The notes beneath the pieces are model-generated. The model saw only the letters and a list, made by a program, of their open reading frames with translations, did no database searches and was not told the origin of the DNA. Made by a program: the position numbers and the translations under genes. A DNA stretch of 64,000 nt from the NCBI GenBank assembly GCA_965235115.1, contig OZ249443.1, positions 3,968,001-4,032,000 on the forward strand. The letters run 5' to 3'. This DNA comes from Laetmonice hystrix. Taxonomy: Eukaryota. This document shows positions 13,701-28,700 of the stretch, in pieces. Within the stretch, counting starts at the first letter, position 1. Each line of letters starts with the position of its first letter.

Positions 13701-16700
13701 TTATCATGGACTGCCTACACTGCCACCTACTTTCTACTCGAAACATCTAGAACTTAGGGGTTTCAGGGCCCTCCCCCAGGCGTACAATGTGTAGGGTGGG
13801 GTTGAGAGTCCAGGGTTGTTTAAATAAAACTCCCCTCCAAACATTTCCCTACATATCCGTACAAAGGCAGCATGAATGTAGTATAGGCCACTCTTCATGT
13901 ATGGACAAGTGGTGTTGGGGATTTTTATGTGGTCACTATATTTGAGTTTGGTCGCCAACTCGAGTGAAGAAACTTATAACCGCACCGCTGGTTCTGAACG
14001 ACTGCCAGAAAGTTACGTGTTGGTCTCCTTGGATCCCCAGATTTACGGTCATGGGAAAGTACCTTGATGGAGTATTAGCTGCCAGAGTAAGAACACTTGC
14101 CCAACGAAAGTCTGCTAAACGTTGATATACATGTAATACTGTTCAACTACGCCACATTGAAAAGGGAAATTTCCTTTTGTTTAAATAGAATTCCGCGGCC
14201 CCGCCCCCTCCCGTATTCTACCGCTAATGATTTCTTTGCCGAAGTTCTAGTGAGTTCTAATGAAAAGAATTATTGCTATTTTAATTTCTCCTTGGATTGG
14301 ATCTCTGAAATATCATACATAGCAATATGCGTAGTTATTGACACCAAAACTTGGAATGAGGAAGTTCTTAAAAGATGAAGTTGTATAATGTTAAGTACTG
14401 TTAGTGGGACTGTTCTACCAGGGTGTGGAGACAGCCTGTAGGGCGGCCTCCGGGGCTGTCTGTGCCCGGCCGGGGGGCTGTTGGTTTAACCAGGTGAGTC
14501 ATGACACTGTACTCTGGCTGGTTTTATGGGTGAGTTCGGTCCGCTCATATTTAGCCTGTGTACTTATGGCTGGTACTGTGGTAGCTAACATCATACCCCC
14601 TCCCCACATCACCCCACCGAGGGGGGGGGGGGGGGGGGTCCATAGTCAACAAGATCTGTCAACAAATTCCGCCCCCCGCCTTGCCACCGCCCGGGCCTGA
14701 GCCTTGTGCACACGGCAGCAATGGTAGGATCTACTGGCGGTCTCACTCAGACACCCCCCTCGCCCCCAAAGGTGTTCTTCTAGCCCCAGTTCCATGGAGG
14801 CCCCATTCTACCATTCAAACATCACAGTTTCATGTCATTGCGATTATAAGTATTAAAGAAGGCGCCCACTTTCAGGGGCGTTGATGGGTTTAACAACTTA
14901 AGATTGGTCAATGATTTTGAACACCCTTTATTAACTGATCGCCCTAGTTTTTCAGATACTTGATGCCGGTTGGTAGTATTATTCGGGTACTCCAGTGCGA
15001 GTTTGAGTTACGCTTGGCGGATTGTTAGACGGGGGTTTACCACCAGGGTCAGTCTGAACCCAGCAGTAGTCGTAGATTTATTCAGGTACTCAGGTCCGAG
15101 TTTGAGTTACGCTTGGCGGATTGTTAGACGGGGTTTTACGACCAGGGGCAGTCCGAACCCAGCAGTAGTCGTAGATTTATTCGGATACTCAGGTCCGAGT
15201 TCGACTTTGTGCCACGCTTGGCGGATTGTTAGACGGGGGTTTACGACCAGGGGCAGTCTGAACCCAGCAGTAGTCGTAGATTTATTCGGGTACTCAGGTC
15301 CGAGTTTGAGTTACGCTTGGCGGATTGTTAGACGGGGGTTTACGACCAGGGGCAGTCTGAACCCAGCAGTATAGTCGTAGATTTATTCGGGTACTCAGGT
15401 CCGAGTTTGAGTTACGATTGGCGGGTTGTTAGACGGGGGTTTACGACCAGGGGCAATCTGAACCCAGCAGTAGTCGTAGATTTATTCGGGTACTCAGGTC
15501 CGAGTTTGAGTTACGTTTGGCGGATTGTTAGACGGGGGTCTACGACCAGGGGCAGTCTGAACCCAGCAGTAGTCGTAGATTTATTCGGGTACTCAGGTGC
15601 GAGTTTGAGTTACGCTTGGCGGATTGTTAGACGGGGGTTTACGACCAGGGGCAGTCTGAACCCAGCAGTAGTCGTAGATTTATTCGGGTACTCCAGTTTG
15701 AGTCACGCTTGGCGGATTGTTACGATTGGCGGATTGACCAAGGTTTATGAGCCCTTCGGAACAGTAGCCGTTTCCCATTACTAACTGTCTATTTCTGTGG
15801 TGAACGTGCGGTATACAAAGTTACTACGAACCGTAATATGGTGTAAGTTTGCGATTGGAGTTATCAACTTCAATGTTACCATTTGACCGATGATTCAGTC
15901 AAAAGAAGGCTAGCGGTGTTGTCCAGTATTTAGAGGATGTTTTCAAAGTCTACCTGTGTCCCTGCCTGCCGTTTTTGCACGCCTTGACCTAGATGTGAGG
16001 TCAGCCGTAGGTCTCAATCTCAGTGGTCAGGTCGACATGACTTCGCATGCTAACCCGACTCGAAGACACTCAAACAATGCAGCAATTGGGGGCCATTTCC
16101 ACAAGGCGCACTGTGTAGTCTGGCGATGGTCATCTTTCATCGCATCAGGCAGAAGTTTTACTGATAATAACGTTTTTAGATTACGTGTACTGATTTAGGT
16201 TTTTAACCGGTTAGAAATCCCCTGTATAAGGCAGATATACTATAGGAGCCGCGCGCATAATATATCAGGGCGCACCTGTTCCCAGTGAATATGGCGTGAT
16301 TCCATTCGCAAAGAAATACAAATCGCAACTTTGAAAAAAGGCCTGCGAAGTGCTGCTAATGATTATGGCATGAGGCAACCTTATTTTACCGACTGGGGGG
16401 GGGGGGGGGCAGCCCCCACGATCAGTGGGGAAATAGTGGCAGCCCACCCCTACCTCTCTCCCAAGGACATCATCTAATTTTGCCCCCACCTCCAGTAACT
16501 ATGAATTTCTCCCATCACAGTCTGTAAGACCGCTGCTAGTTAAACATGTTCAGAAATTATATTTTCAGTGAGTTTTACAAATCTGCTCATCCGTGGATGC
16601 CTAACTTAATGAGGCCCTAGATGTCCTGTATCATTATGGTTCACCACTGCGCTATTGTACTTTTACTGCACCGTACTATTAAAGTACCGTACTGCATTCA

Positions 16701-19700
16701 TCGTTTCCGGTAAGAGTGAATGTCACCGGAAATATTAACCATGACCCGCTGCGAGTTCTTTCCTTTTCTTGCAATTTCCTTTAAAGGCTGGAACGCCGTG
16801 TGCCATATGCAATGAGTGGTTATTATTGGTTACCGTTTTAAACGTTAGTTAACATCCTTTACACAAGGAATCACCTAACTGGTACAGTTGTCTGTAGATG
16901 TGGCGTGACGCCGCGGTCTCAAGTAGTTGAGAGTTGGGTAGTTATTTCAGGCTCGACGCCAGCCGTATATTATTGGCAGTCTATGTTCACATCCCGACTC
17001 GTTCAACAGGTAGATAAACGTACCTGAACAAAAACTCTGCCTTCATTCCACCGCCTCGCGTACACGGAACGCAGTGTCCAACCCATCCTTTTTATACTGG
17101 TGCCAGCGAGTACATCACGGAAAACTTCATGTTATATGACCAACAGGTACATTCCACACCGTCACATGTACATGAAATTTGGTGCAAGGAACAGTGCTGA
17201 CATTCTGGTGTTGACCAAAAAAGTATTTGCACATAAATAAAGTTAGAGAAAAGTATAAAAAGTAGTTTTGCTCTTAAAAAGTATAATACTATAAAGTAGT
17301 ATACTATAAATAGAGTATAAAGTGAGAGCACATGAAAGAACTAAAATTTTATCACTGGTCCCTAGTGAACAGAAAACGTACTCCCATCCCTCGGTCCCTA
17401 CACCTCCCCAGAAAACTTACTCCCATCCCTCGGCCCCTACACCTCCCCAGAAAACTTACTCCCATCCCTAGCCCTACCCCTAACCCTGGTCCCTAGTCAA
17501 CAGAAAACTTACTCCCATCCCTCGGTCCCTACACCTCCCCAGAAAACGTACTCCCATCCCTCGGTCCCTACACCTCCCCAAAAAACTTACTCCCATCCCT
17601 AGCCCTACCCCTAACCCTGGTCCCTAGTCAACAAAAAACTTACTCCCATCCCTAGCGCTACCCCTAACCCTGGTCCCTAGTCAACAGAAAACTTACTCCC
17701 ATCCCTAGCCCTACCCCTAACCCTGGCCCCTACACCTCCCCAGAAAACATACTCCCATCCCTAGCGCTACCCCTAACCCTGGTCCCTACACCTCCCCAGA
17801 AAACTTACTCCCATCCCTAGCGCTACCCCTAACCCTGGTCCCTACACCTCCCCAGAAAACTTACTCCCATCCCTAGCCCTACCCCTAACCCTGGTCCCTA
17901 CACCTCCCCAGAAAACTTACTCCCATCCCTAGCGCTACCCCTAACCCTGGTCCCTACACCTCCCCAGAAAACTTACTCCCATCCCTAGCCCTACCCCTAA
18001 CCCTGGCCCCTACACCTCCCCAGAAAACTTACTCCCATTCCTAGCCCTACCCCTAATGTCGTGGGAGGCCATGAATAGCTGATTGACAGCATGGAAATGT
18101 AAGGCATGGAATGAGGAACAAATACAGCAGCAACACCTTTACATTGTAAACTGTTGATTTGAGGATGACACAAAAGTCATGATTTCCTTTCATACACTCA
18201 CTCAACTATCAGGAAATCTAAAAAATAACATAAAAAATAACTCCCTTATTTTTGCCAGTTTTCATGATTAACAAAGGAAAGCTGCTTCCTTCCCGTTAAG
18301 CAGGATGGATCCCCTAATCTTGTCGACACAGTGGTGGGAACCATATAAGGCAAGGATCTCTCTAAGGACATCCCAGTGTCGGGTCCACGGGAATCTTCTC
18401 TCCACTTTAGTGGGCGACTTTAGATTGTTGTTTTCACTGCCTGTCGGGTCACGCTGCCTGCGTGCATGTCCCCCAGCGTGGAGGGGATCCCGCCATGAAC
18501 CAATAGGTAGGCCTACACTCCAGCCGGTCTGTGGCGTGGAGGGGATCCCGCCATGAACCAATAGGTAGGCCTACACTCCAGCCGATCTGTGGCGTGGAGG
18601 GGATCCCGCCATGAACCAATAGGTAGGCCTACACTCCAGCCGATCTGTGGCGTGGAGGGGATCCCGCCATGAACCAATAGGTAGGCCTACACTCCAGCCG
18701 ATCTGTGGCGTGGAGGGATCCCGCCATGAACCAATAGGTAGGCCTACACTCCAGCCGATCTGTGGCGTGGAAGGGATCCCGCCATGAACCAATAGGTAGG
18801 CCTACACTCCAGCCGATCTGTGGCGTGGAGGGGATCCCGCCATGAACCAATAGGTAGGCCTACACTCCAGCCGATCTGTGGCGTGGAGGGGATCCCGCCA
18901 TGAACCAATAGGTAGGCCTACACTCAGGAAGGAGTTGAGGCACTGCTGGCGGCCGTCTATTCTGACCTTGGGACCGTTCCGTCTCATACTGTCAACTTAC
19001 CCAGGTCAGTGCCCCCCCCCCCCCCCCCACTCCCTCCCGAGATCAGGATTCCCTACTCCCGGAGAATTATACTTCTAAAGCCTTTATCTCCAGTTGGATA
19101 CAGCAAGATGTTGTCCTGACCACAAAATATGCGTGGAAAGGAGGGAGGGGGTTCCCATGACCAGTCAAAAGATGAGGGGGGGGGGCATAAATGTGTTTAT
19201 ACCTTTCCACAAGTCTAACTCTAGACCAACTGTACCTTTCCCAACATGCAAATACACATAGTTGCCAGCCTCGCGAAAGATATTAGAGCGGTGAGACTTT
19301 AGAGCATTTCATAGTCGTATCAGATTTCTTCATAACTCTTTTGGAGTTTCCCCGCACCTTCCAATATGTAACCCCCCCCCCCCTTAATCTCTAAATTACA
19401 GACGTGACAGAGTCTCCGACAACTTGAATGTGTACAGCAGTATGACGTTTCCACGTAGACTGTTAAAGAATTGGAGTGAGGCGTGAAAAGAACTTCATGG
19501 GGTCGACTGACCTCAGGCCTATTACACCATGTGTGTGAAGGAATGCCAACAGTCTTAACTCTTGCTCTCATGCCTCGGGCCAAACGCTCTGCATTCTTAA
19601 CGGTGCTTAAATACCAGGCAAAGATTGCATATCTTGAAAGAAATTAAATATATATATATATCGGTATTGATATAACACGTTTTTGGGGAAACCTTATTCG

Positions 19701-22700
19701 CCGATTCTCAAATTCTTATTGATTTTTGGGTATGGCCACATTTCATATAATACAAGTTTCTTCCCATCACAAGGTATGGTAGGTCACATGTATTCCATTC
19801 GGTTATTTCGATGCAGTTTAACTCTTCCTTATCCGTACATGACAGAGGTATTCTTGATACAGATAACTGCGATTGTGTGATACACTTCTGTGATACACTA
19901 TACAGTTCAGTGATACATTTGGGTATTACGATTGGATGATACACTTTGTACGACCTTGTGGCAGGCAGACCGGAACGGGAAACACAGCTTGTTTCCTGTC
20001 TATGACCTAGCGTCCCAGTCAGCCTGGCCCACCTGGCCAAAACAGGGCAGAGTAAGTTACCTTTTGATCTCTTTACATTGATCAGTCACCCTCTGAGATA
20101 CATTGACCCTGCCAAGAATGACATTATAGCATAGGAAACATTCCATAGATTCACTAACACCTATGAAGGTCAAGAATTCTGCAAAATAATTACGTCTTCC
20201 AAGATCGAAGTTAAAGTTTGAATGGTTCTGCCATGACGTTTTCGTTGAGCATCATGTTGGTTTATACTTTCATAGAAAATCCTCCGAACACTGTCCAAGT
20301 CCGGCATTACAGAATTATTTTAAAATTATACCTTTCCGTTTGTTATAGTAGATCAAAGAAAACGCCACAGGTGAGATTTGAAGTTCACATTTTCTTATGG
20401 CATTTTGACCAAGTAGCAGTCCTATTTTAAATGGCATTATAAGCCTAAGGGTCTAGTATGGGATACATAACTTACCATAATGTCCAGATATATGAATATT
20501 GTTTGTATACGGGCTCTTGATTTGCAAAGATGTCCCTATTGTATAGTAGGACTCGTACTGTACTGAGGGATTGCGATGAGAGTTTAACATCTCAGCAACA
20601 CCAGAGGTGTACGGTTATATATCGAGGTGGTTTGTTTATCGGTGGAGGAAAGTGCATGGGAGAAAACCATCGTCCTTTACAGTAACTGACAAAGTTTCTC
20701 ACATGGGGGAGTCGAGGAGGGTGTAAAGGGAATTCCGAAGGAGCAGAACCTTATGATATACAGACAGTCTTTGATTAGTGAACCACTACAACAGCTACCG
20801 TCATGTGTCTGCTGTCTGGTACGGGATTTAAACCTACGTGTAGATGTCCCTGAAGTTTGGGATAGCAAGTTCTGTATGACCACCGCGTCCATGTATATCA
20901 CAGACGTAGATCTATACCTAATGTCTGGTGAGGGACACTGTCCCCTTCTGTCTGGTACACGACTCCAGTCTCACCACGATGTCCCGAACTTCTTGTTCTG
21001 GGATCCTAAAATATGGGTACGGGATATAAACCTACGTGTAGATGTCCCTGAAGTTTGGGATAGCAAGTTCTATATGACCACCGCGTCCATGTGTATCACA
21101 GACGTTCTCATACCCACGGTATGCCTAATGTCTGGTGAAGGACACTGTCCCCTTCTGTCTGGTACACGACTCAAGTCTCACCACGATGTCCCTAATATCT
21201 TGTTCTGGGATCCTCAAATATGGGTACGGGATTTAAACCTACGTGTAGATGTCCCTGAAGTTTGGGATAGCAAGTTCTGTATGACCACCGCGTCCATGTG
21301 TATCACAGACGTATGCCTAATGTCTGGTGAGGGACACTGTCCCCTTCTGTCTGGTACACGACTTCAGTCTCACCACAATGTCCCTAACATCTTGTTCTGG
21401 GATATAAACCTACGTGTACGGTGTAGGATGTCCCTGAAGTTTGGGGATAGCAAGTTTTGTATGACCACCGCGTCCATGTATATCACAGACGTATACCTAA
21501 TGTCTGGTGAAGGACACTGTCCCCTTCTGTCTGGTACACGACTCCAGTCTCACCACGATGTCCCTAACTTCTTGTTCCGGTATCCTCAAATATTATTAAA
21601 CAACATTAACTGTTTTATGTGCAATTTGTAGGGATTTACCTTGATTCGGAGTGAAGGCTGAATGAAGGGGAAAACGGAATTTATTCAGAGCCCAAAACAA
21701 TGTTACAAGATTATCTTGACAGCCGTATGAATGTATCAGCAGTAGGATTTGTAGGGGAGAGTATATAATATATGAAAGCTCTACTGGATTATCCCAGGTA
21801 GACAAGCCTATCTTAATGGAAGCATCATTATACCAGCCGGCCACCCGGAGAACAGCCTGACTCTAGCTCTACCTCTATCATGTATCTTACACACATACAT
21901 AATACACATAATGGTGTACATCATGTATAACACATAATGATGTACATCATGTATAACACATAACATCATGTATAACACATAATGATGTACATCATGTATA
22001 ACACATAACATCATGTATAACACATAATGATGTACATCATGTATAACACATAATGATGTCTGTATAACATTACGGTGGCACAACTGTACACTTTCGGACA
22101 ACCCAATGATGAGCACCACATATATATTGGAGGACTAGTCTATAATCCCACGACCTTTGTCTTTAATCCACTGGATTATCCTAGGTGTCATACTGATATG
22201 CAGTTGTCCACAACCTTGGGACTTCACTGTCATCAGGCCTGGCTGACTGTAATCCAGCGTCGCTCATTGCCTGCAGACTGAGCTAGTACAAGGTCTAGTT
22301 ACCTTGTGTGTAACCCAGCTCTGAACCAGGACAAGGTCTAGTTACCTTGTGTGTAACCCAGCTCTGAACTAGAACAAGGTCTAGTTACCTTGTGTGTAAC
22401 CCAGCTCTGAACCAGGACAAGGTCTAGTTACCTTGTGTGTAACCCAGCTCTGAACCAGGACAAGGTCTAGTTACCTTGTGTGTAACCCAGCTCTGAACCA
22501 GGACAAGGTCTAGTTACCTTGTGTGTAACCCAGCTCTGACTTAGGGTACAAACTCCTTGCACATATTGTACCGTTATATTCCTTCTTTTTGTGTCGTAGA
22601 AATTCACATTGTCCTCCTACATTCACATCCTAGGAGCCAACTGTGTGGGGTAACCCCCTCATCTCATCTCTGAGACTCATCTCATGTCTGAGACTCATCT

Positions 22701-25700
22701 CATCTCTGAGACTCATCTCATCTCTGAGACTCATCTCATCTCTGAGACTCATCTCATCTCTGAGACTCATCTCATCTCTGAGACTCATAACTTATTCTTG
22801 GAATTCATGTCAAGTCTGATAGAAAAGCAGTAAAGACGATTTTTTTAATTATATTTTTCATGCCACTCAGCTATTAGCCTCAGCATCCACTTTTCCTCTG
22901 TAAGTTTATCTAGACCATCTCAAGTTTTTCTCTCTCTATTCATGGCCAAGACGTTTCAGTCACTTCCCCCGCTGGATACGACCTCGTGCTACTGTCAGTC
23001 ATTGGCGTTGTTGAACAAGGGGTTATTTCTTGTTTCCCCGCATTCAAGCGGAAGACGGAATTTGGTGGCCTCTTCCTCGTCCTGCATGTCAAGTGGTATA
23101 TCATCCTCGTCGGCTGCCAAGTCGCCATTGGAGTAGATGTGCCCCCCATCCTGTCCGCCTTGAGGTGCGTCCATCTCAGGTCCGTCGCCTTCATGCGCGT
23201 CTGGCACGCTGGCGTACGTAGACAGTTTACCGTAGGTAGATTTCTCAGGAGGTGGGATTCCGGGGGTCTGGTAGATTTTGGGTCGCTCTCCGTTACTCTC
23301 CCCTTGCATGGTCCCCACCGTGATAGGAATCACCATCTTAATCTCATTGCCGCCAGAGATCTCGATCTTAAAGACGAGTTCGTAGCGGATATCGATGATG
23401 TCACAGCCATCTAGACGAGACTCCGGGATGTATGGTGGGATGGTGAGACGTACGTTCTTCCAGCGGCGTCCCTCGCCATACGACATCTCCCACTCGTCGC
23501 GTTTCTTGTTCACAATCTGAGTGTTATATCGTGAACGTGTCTTAGCGTGGAACGTGCTGTGCATGACAATAGATGCCTGGACGGCCTTGACGATCCGTGG
23601 ACTACTGTTGGTGATCTCAGCGTCCATAAAGATGTCCTCTCCAGGCAGGTGTCCTGCCTTGTTGACCGTCAAACTGGAGGACACCTTACCGGAGAGACAA
23701 AACGCCAGCGCTCCCCACAACCGTTTCTCTGTCGTGATGACCTTCGACTTGAGCAGCGCCGGTTCCCGGGATAAATCTAACCGTCGCAGTACTAAGAACG
23801 GCTCGGATGTGATCATAGTGCTGAGCCCAAACCTCTTGGCTTCCTTCAGGGTTGCCTTGACAACATATGTAATACTTCCAAACTTTCCGATAAAGGAGGA
23901 AGGAAGGTTCTGGGGGAGAATGTATTCGACTGGGAAACTGTGTTTGCCCTTGTCCAAGTGGACGGACTCGCCAGTCTTTGTGGTCAGTAAGGAATGCGTT
24001 ATAGCAATGTACGTTTCGTCGGCACGGAATGGAACTGTGGTCTTTCCGGTCTCGTCTTCCCACGAGACAGTCGCCTCGCCTTTAATCTGGATGGTTACGG
24101 CCTTGACCTTGATGGGTTCAGTGATGACTAGTGAGACGTGACCTCTGATCATCTCACCGGGTTCATACTGATACTGCTCGTCAATGTCATGTTCAAGGTT
24201 AATCTCAAACTTCTCTACAGTCCCCATCTTAGATCGCGTCAATCACAGTTTGTGTGCTTGGTTTGTAGGTCGTTTGCAGGTCGCTGGAACTCTTCCTGCT
24301 GTTTGCAGGCTGCCGGGTATACGGGGTAAACTCCCGTGGAGGGACGTCACTCCAAGCCAGCCGGGTTCCGCAGAGTTCTGGGGGTTTAACAGAAAGATAT
24401 TGATTATTTATAACAGGATGTAAATAAAGATCAATATATCAAGGCATTCTGTGGTGGAACATGCACGTCAGGATTCAACCTGGCATCGATTCCAGGTCAG
24501 TGCTGAGAGGATTTTGTTAATGTTTGAGTGAATTAATAAGTGAGCCATGCTGTAGCATACCTAACCACGCTGACAATCGATCACACGGCGGATTTATTGT
24601 TTGAATGTGAAAGGGTAACGCCACCATATTAGGGCAAAACAATGAGAGTAAATCAAGGTAGGCCTACATCAGAAGTTACCAGAGCGTGTATGGATGTGGT
24701 TTGATTCCCAACCAGACCAGAGTCAGTCCTGAAAGTGGTCCAGACATGGCGGGGGTGTGGGGTGGGGGTGTTGCTCTCCCCCTGCCTGTTGATACCCAAG
24801 GGGGTAAGTACCCTGTCGGGGTGAATTATTGACGACCCAATCAGACATGATTGAGGGGTCGCGAGAACCGGGTCATTGCCAACAGGGAACCACAACTTCC
24901 AGTCCCATTTTTTGTCTGAGTTTTCCCTCGCATGTCTAGTTTATGTATACCTCGCTGGTTCCCAGGTCATTAAATCCTGATTTATTAAGTATTTACCGGG
25001 TAGGATTCTCACCAACCTGAACAGTATATGATATGTTATAAATCACAGACATACAGAGTAAGTCAAAGGGAACAACCATGGGGTTTTTATAGAGCTGGTT
25101 CAGATGCTACGCTGAGGTCTATTATACCTTGTGAAACGTAAGCAAAGATTGGAAAATTCGGGAGTTTATTGCCACGAAAAAATTGTTAATTAACTTCAGA
25201 AAAGATACGAGGATAAAAAGGTAAAACGAATATTACTTTTCGTCGTCCTTGTTCAGAAACATGTCAAGCTCAGGTGAATCACTCATGACATAGAGAATTC
25301 CAGGTGAGGAATTGATGCCTCCGTTCTCAAAATATCTACCTGTGAATTACAGCACCTCCTGACACCTGTATCAATCATTGGCAAACATACATATTGCAAG
25401 GGAAACACGACCCAGTGAAAGCCATAACATGTTCCGCCTCCTCGCTCCCACCCTACCGCTACGTTCACGGTGGGGTTCTTAGTATTGATCTGCGGGATTG
25501 CACGCCTCTGGCTGAGGATCACCATGATCGAACTGATGTTCCTGGCAGTGACCAGGATGTTCCTGGCAGTGACCGGGATGTTCTTGGCAGTGACCAGGAT
25601 GTTCCTGGTAGTGACCAGGATGTTCCTGGCAGTGACCGGGATGTTCCTGGCAGTGACCAGGATGTTCCTCGCTCCCACCCTACCGCTACGTTCACGGTGG

Positions 25701-28700
25701 GGTTCTTAGTATTGATCTGCGGGATTGCACGCCTCCGGCTGAGAATCACCATGATCGAACTGATGTTCCTGGCAGTGACCAGGATGTTCCTGGCAGTGAC
25801 CAGGATGTTCCTGGCAGTGACCAGGATGTTCCTGGCAGTGACCAGGATGTTCCTGGTGGTAATCTGGCAGTGACCAGGATGTTCCTGGCGGCAGTGACCA
25901 GGATGTTCCTGGCGGCAGTGACCAGACTGTTCCAGGCAGTGACTAGGATGTTCCTGGCAGTGACCAGGGTGTTCCTGGCAGTGACCAGGTAATTTGACCA
26001 GGTCAGAGTGGAACTCTTGTATCATCTTTCAAACAGGTGGTAACATTACGTTTCACCTGTTATCACTTTGAGTAGGATACATTTATCCTATCTATCTATC
26101 ATCAATATTATATGGGCACCTTTTTTTATAAAAAGGTTTGTTAAAAAAGGTTGTGGGAGGGCCTTCAAAGCTTTATCAGAGTTGTTATATGTCTGTGGCT
26201 GTCTATGGGAGAACTGGCGGAACAATATCGATAAATCAGCCTTTTTTTGGTGATGACCTATTTTTTCTGATTGCATCACCGCATTGACACTTTTACTACG
26301 TGAACCCTTTATAATGTGAATCAATTCTGCCAACATAATTTGCATCTAGCGATTGAAACACCCGACTGTCAACGTTAGACCACGGGGACCTATTTTATCC
26401 TTACCTAGAAATCCACCGGTAACCTACATCAGTTCGCAGTAAAAGCGAACTAGTACTCCCTTTGATTTCAAATAATAATGAGTGCAAAATTCTAAATGAG
26501 AATTATATTCTAACTGTCTCTACTCCAGGCAATATATGTAATGGACTGGTGCCCGTGAAAACATAGGCTAGAGGCTATTTATAGCGGCACTTTGCTGTTT
26601 TTATAACTGTCTCTTTGCGTAGTCAAAACAGCAGAGCGACCCCCTTTGTCGACAAATATAGTCATATTTTCCCATCAGTATTTGTTCTTTTTTTTGGGGG
26701 GGGGGGGGCTTGACACCGACAGGTGCAGCCTTCTGTTAAAGGGGGAAAACAGTGAAAGATGGCAAAAAGGAGAGAGTCCACCATTTTTTCAAACATGTCA
26801 ACAGATAATACAACGGAAACATCGCTAAAGGGAACTCGACAGTTGAAATTCAAAGCAACTACATTTGTATTTCAGTTCTGATGGCAAAAACCGGCAGTTT
26901 AAAATGTTATTTTCCTCAGGCTCGCAAGATCGCCTGAAGGGGAGAAAATGGAGGCCATAGATCTATATAGGTCCATGCCCAAAGGTTCTGGGAACAGTGA
27001 GTGTCGAGTGGGTCAAGGACCTGGGATGTTTTGGGATCAAGGTCACACCTTGACCTGAGAGTGTTTCAACGTTAGGACCCTCTCTCACCAATATATTGTC
27101 GGGAGAGTTACCTCAGACTTCCAGCCTCTCTCACTACCTTGACTTCCAACCTATCTGTCCGCTTCCTTAAATCATTATAAAATGTAGATTTCCCTTACTT
27201 CACCTTGTCCAGGGATCCAGGTCACATCTTGACCTGAGAGTGTTTCAACGTTAGGACCCTCTCTCACCAATTTATTGTCGGGAGAGTTACCTCAGACTTC
27301 CAGCCTCTCTCACTACCTTGACTTCCAACCTATCTGTCCGCTTCCTTAAATCATTATAAAATGTAGATTTCCCTTACTTCACCTTGTTCAGGACACCCCC
27401 CGCCCTCCTGTAGAGGTGGACTCTCCTTTTTTGCCAGCTTTCACTATTTCCCCCTTTTTTCAAAATTATGAATATTCCCACCCGGCCAGTTTTTAGTTTG
27501 TCGTTTTACCAATCATAAGACTGGAATTTTAAGACTGACTTGTTTTGTGGTCTCTCATTGGCTGACTTCATTTGAAGGACCATTCAGAAGCTCTGAAACA
27601 AAAATTTAGTCTTAAGATTTGAATCTTAAGACTCGGTTTGCAAACTAAAACCCAGGGCCAGGACTGTCTACATTACGATTATCGACTGAAAGTGGAGATT
27701 TTTAATATAAACATCCACCAACATTTATTATGGCAGTGTCAGCACATTGGAAGTGTATAAATTAAGTATTCTGGGAGCAAACGTAACGGACACAAAGTAA
27801 AGGTTTGATTGATTGGTCCATGCGTGGCTGGCTTAGTTAACTTACAAACTTTCCCACAAATAAACTCACTCTAATCTAAACCAGCTCACATTCAGAGCAC
27901 GACTCTCGTCAAAGATCGTTTTTCACACTGTGCACCAGTGTATGGAGTATTCTACTCCCAGCTATTATCATAGAAAAGTACAAAAATCTTCTTTTTAATT
28001 TATTGACACGCAACTTTGAAGACGATTTCCAGAACTTTCATTTTTTTAAACATATAGTTGTTGTTGGTCATGCAAGGAAGATTTGCTGCCTCTTAGAATA
28101 TATTTATAATTTTTAAGCACGGTCCAGGAGTTCAGAAGGTAGGCAGTCATTGAGCTCAGTTGCCCTCAGGCATATAGCTGGCTACAATCGTCTATTTGTA
28201 CTGTTATATGTAGAAGAACGTTTACCGTTTTTAATGACTATTTTATTACTTTGTTGATATCCGTACAAGCCAGGTAAGGTTATGTTGTGGGAAGGTTCCA
28301 TCAAATTATTGGGGTTGTATATATCTACTCGGCATTTGCTGTTGACCAGAGGTTTTTGACAAGTTGCCCCTTCCCCAAATAAAAGGGGTTGGGTGGGGGT
28401 ATAGGGGTGGGGTAAGGGGTTAGGGATAGGTTCTAAGGGAAGACCTGTGGGCTGTGGATAACCATGGATATATTCTGATCCATACCTAGACTCTATGCCA
28501 TGAAGTTTTCCTTAAAGATTCGGGCAATATTTTCCTGTAATTATCCCCGACCTTGACCTTGTTCCAAGACTCATGGTCTATTAACCCCGTGACCCCGTGA
28601 CCTCCTTGCGGTTGTCTTTGTACTGAGGTGGTAATCGTGACACGTGCTCCCCACTCATCGCCACGTGACTTCTGGGTTCAAATACCTGACGTGCCATATC

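Noticed and set aside
17370-18057. Interstitial telomere
   Set aside because: Only a single CCCTAACCC occurs per 57-bp unit; there is no (TTAGGG)n run.
20753-21631. 292-aa ORF with repeated Cys/His peptides
   Set aside because: It is the translation of a roughly 200-bp tandem repeat; the frame drifts between units and no domain is recognisable.
22940-24141. Overlapping ORFs (23521-24141 +, 22986-23414 +, 23686-24063 -)
   Set aside because: They are shadow frames of the arrestin CDS.
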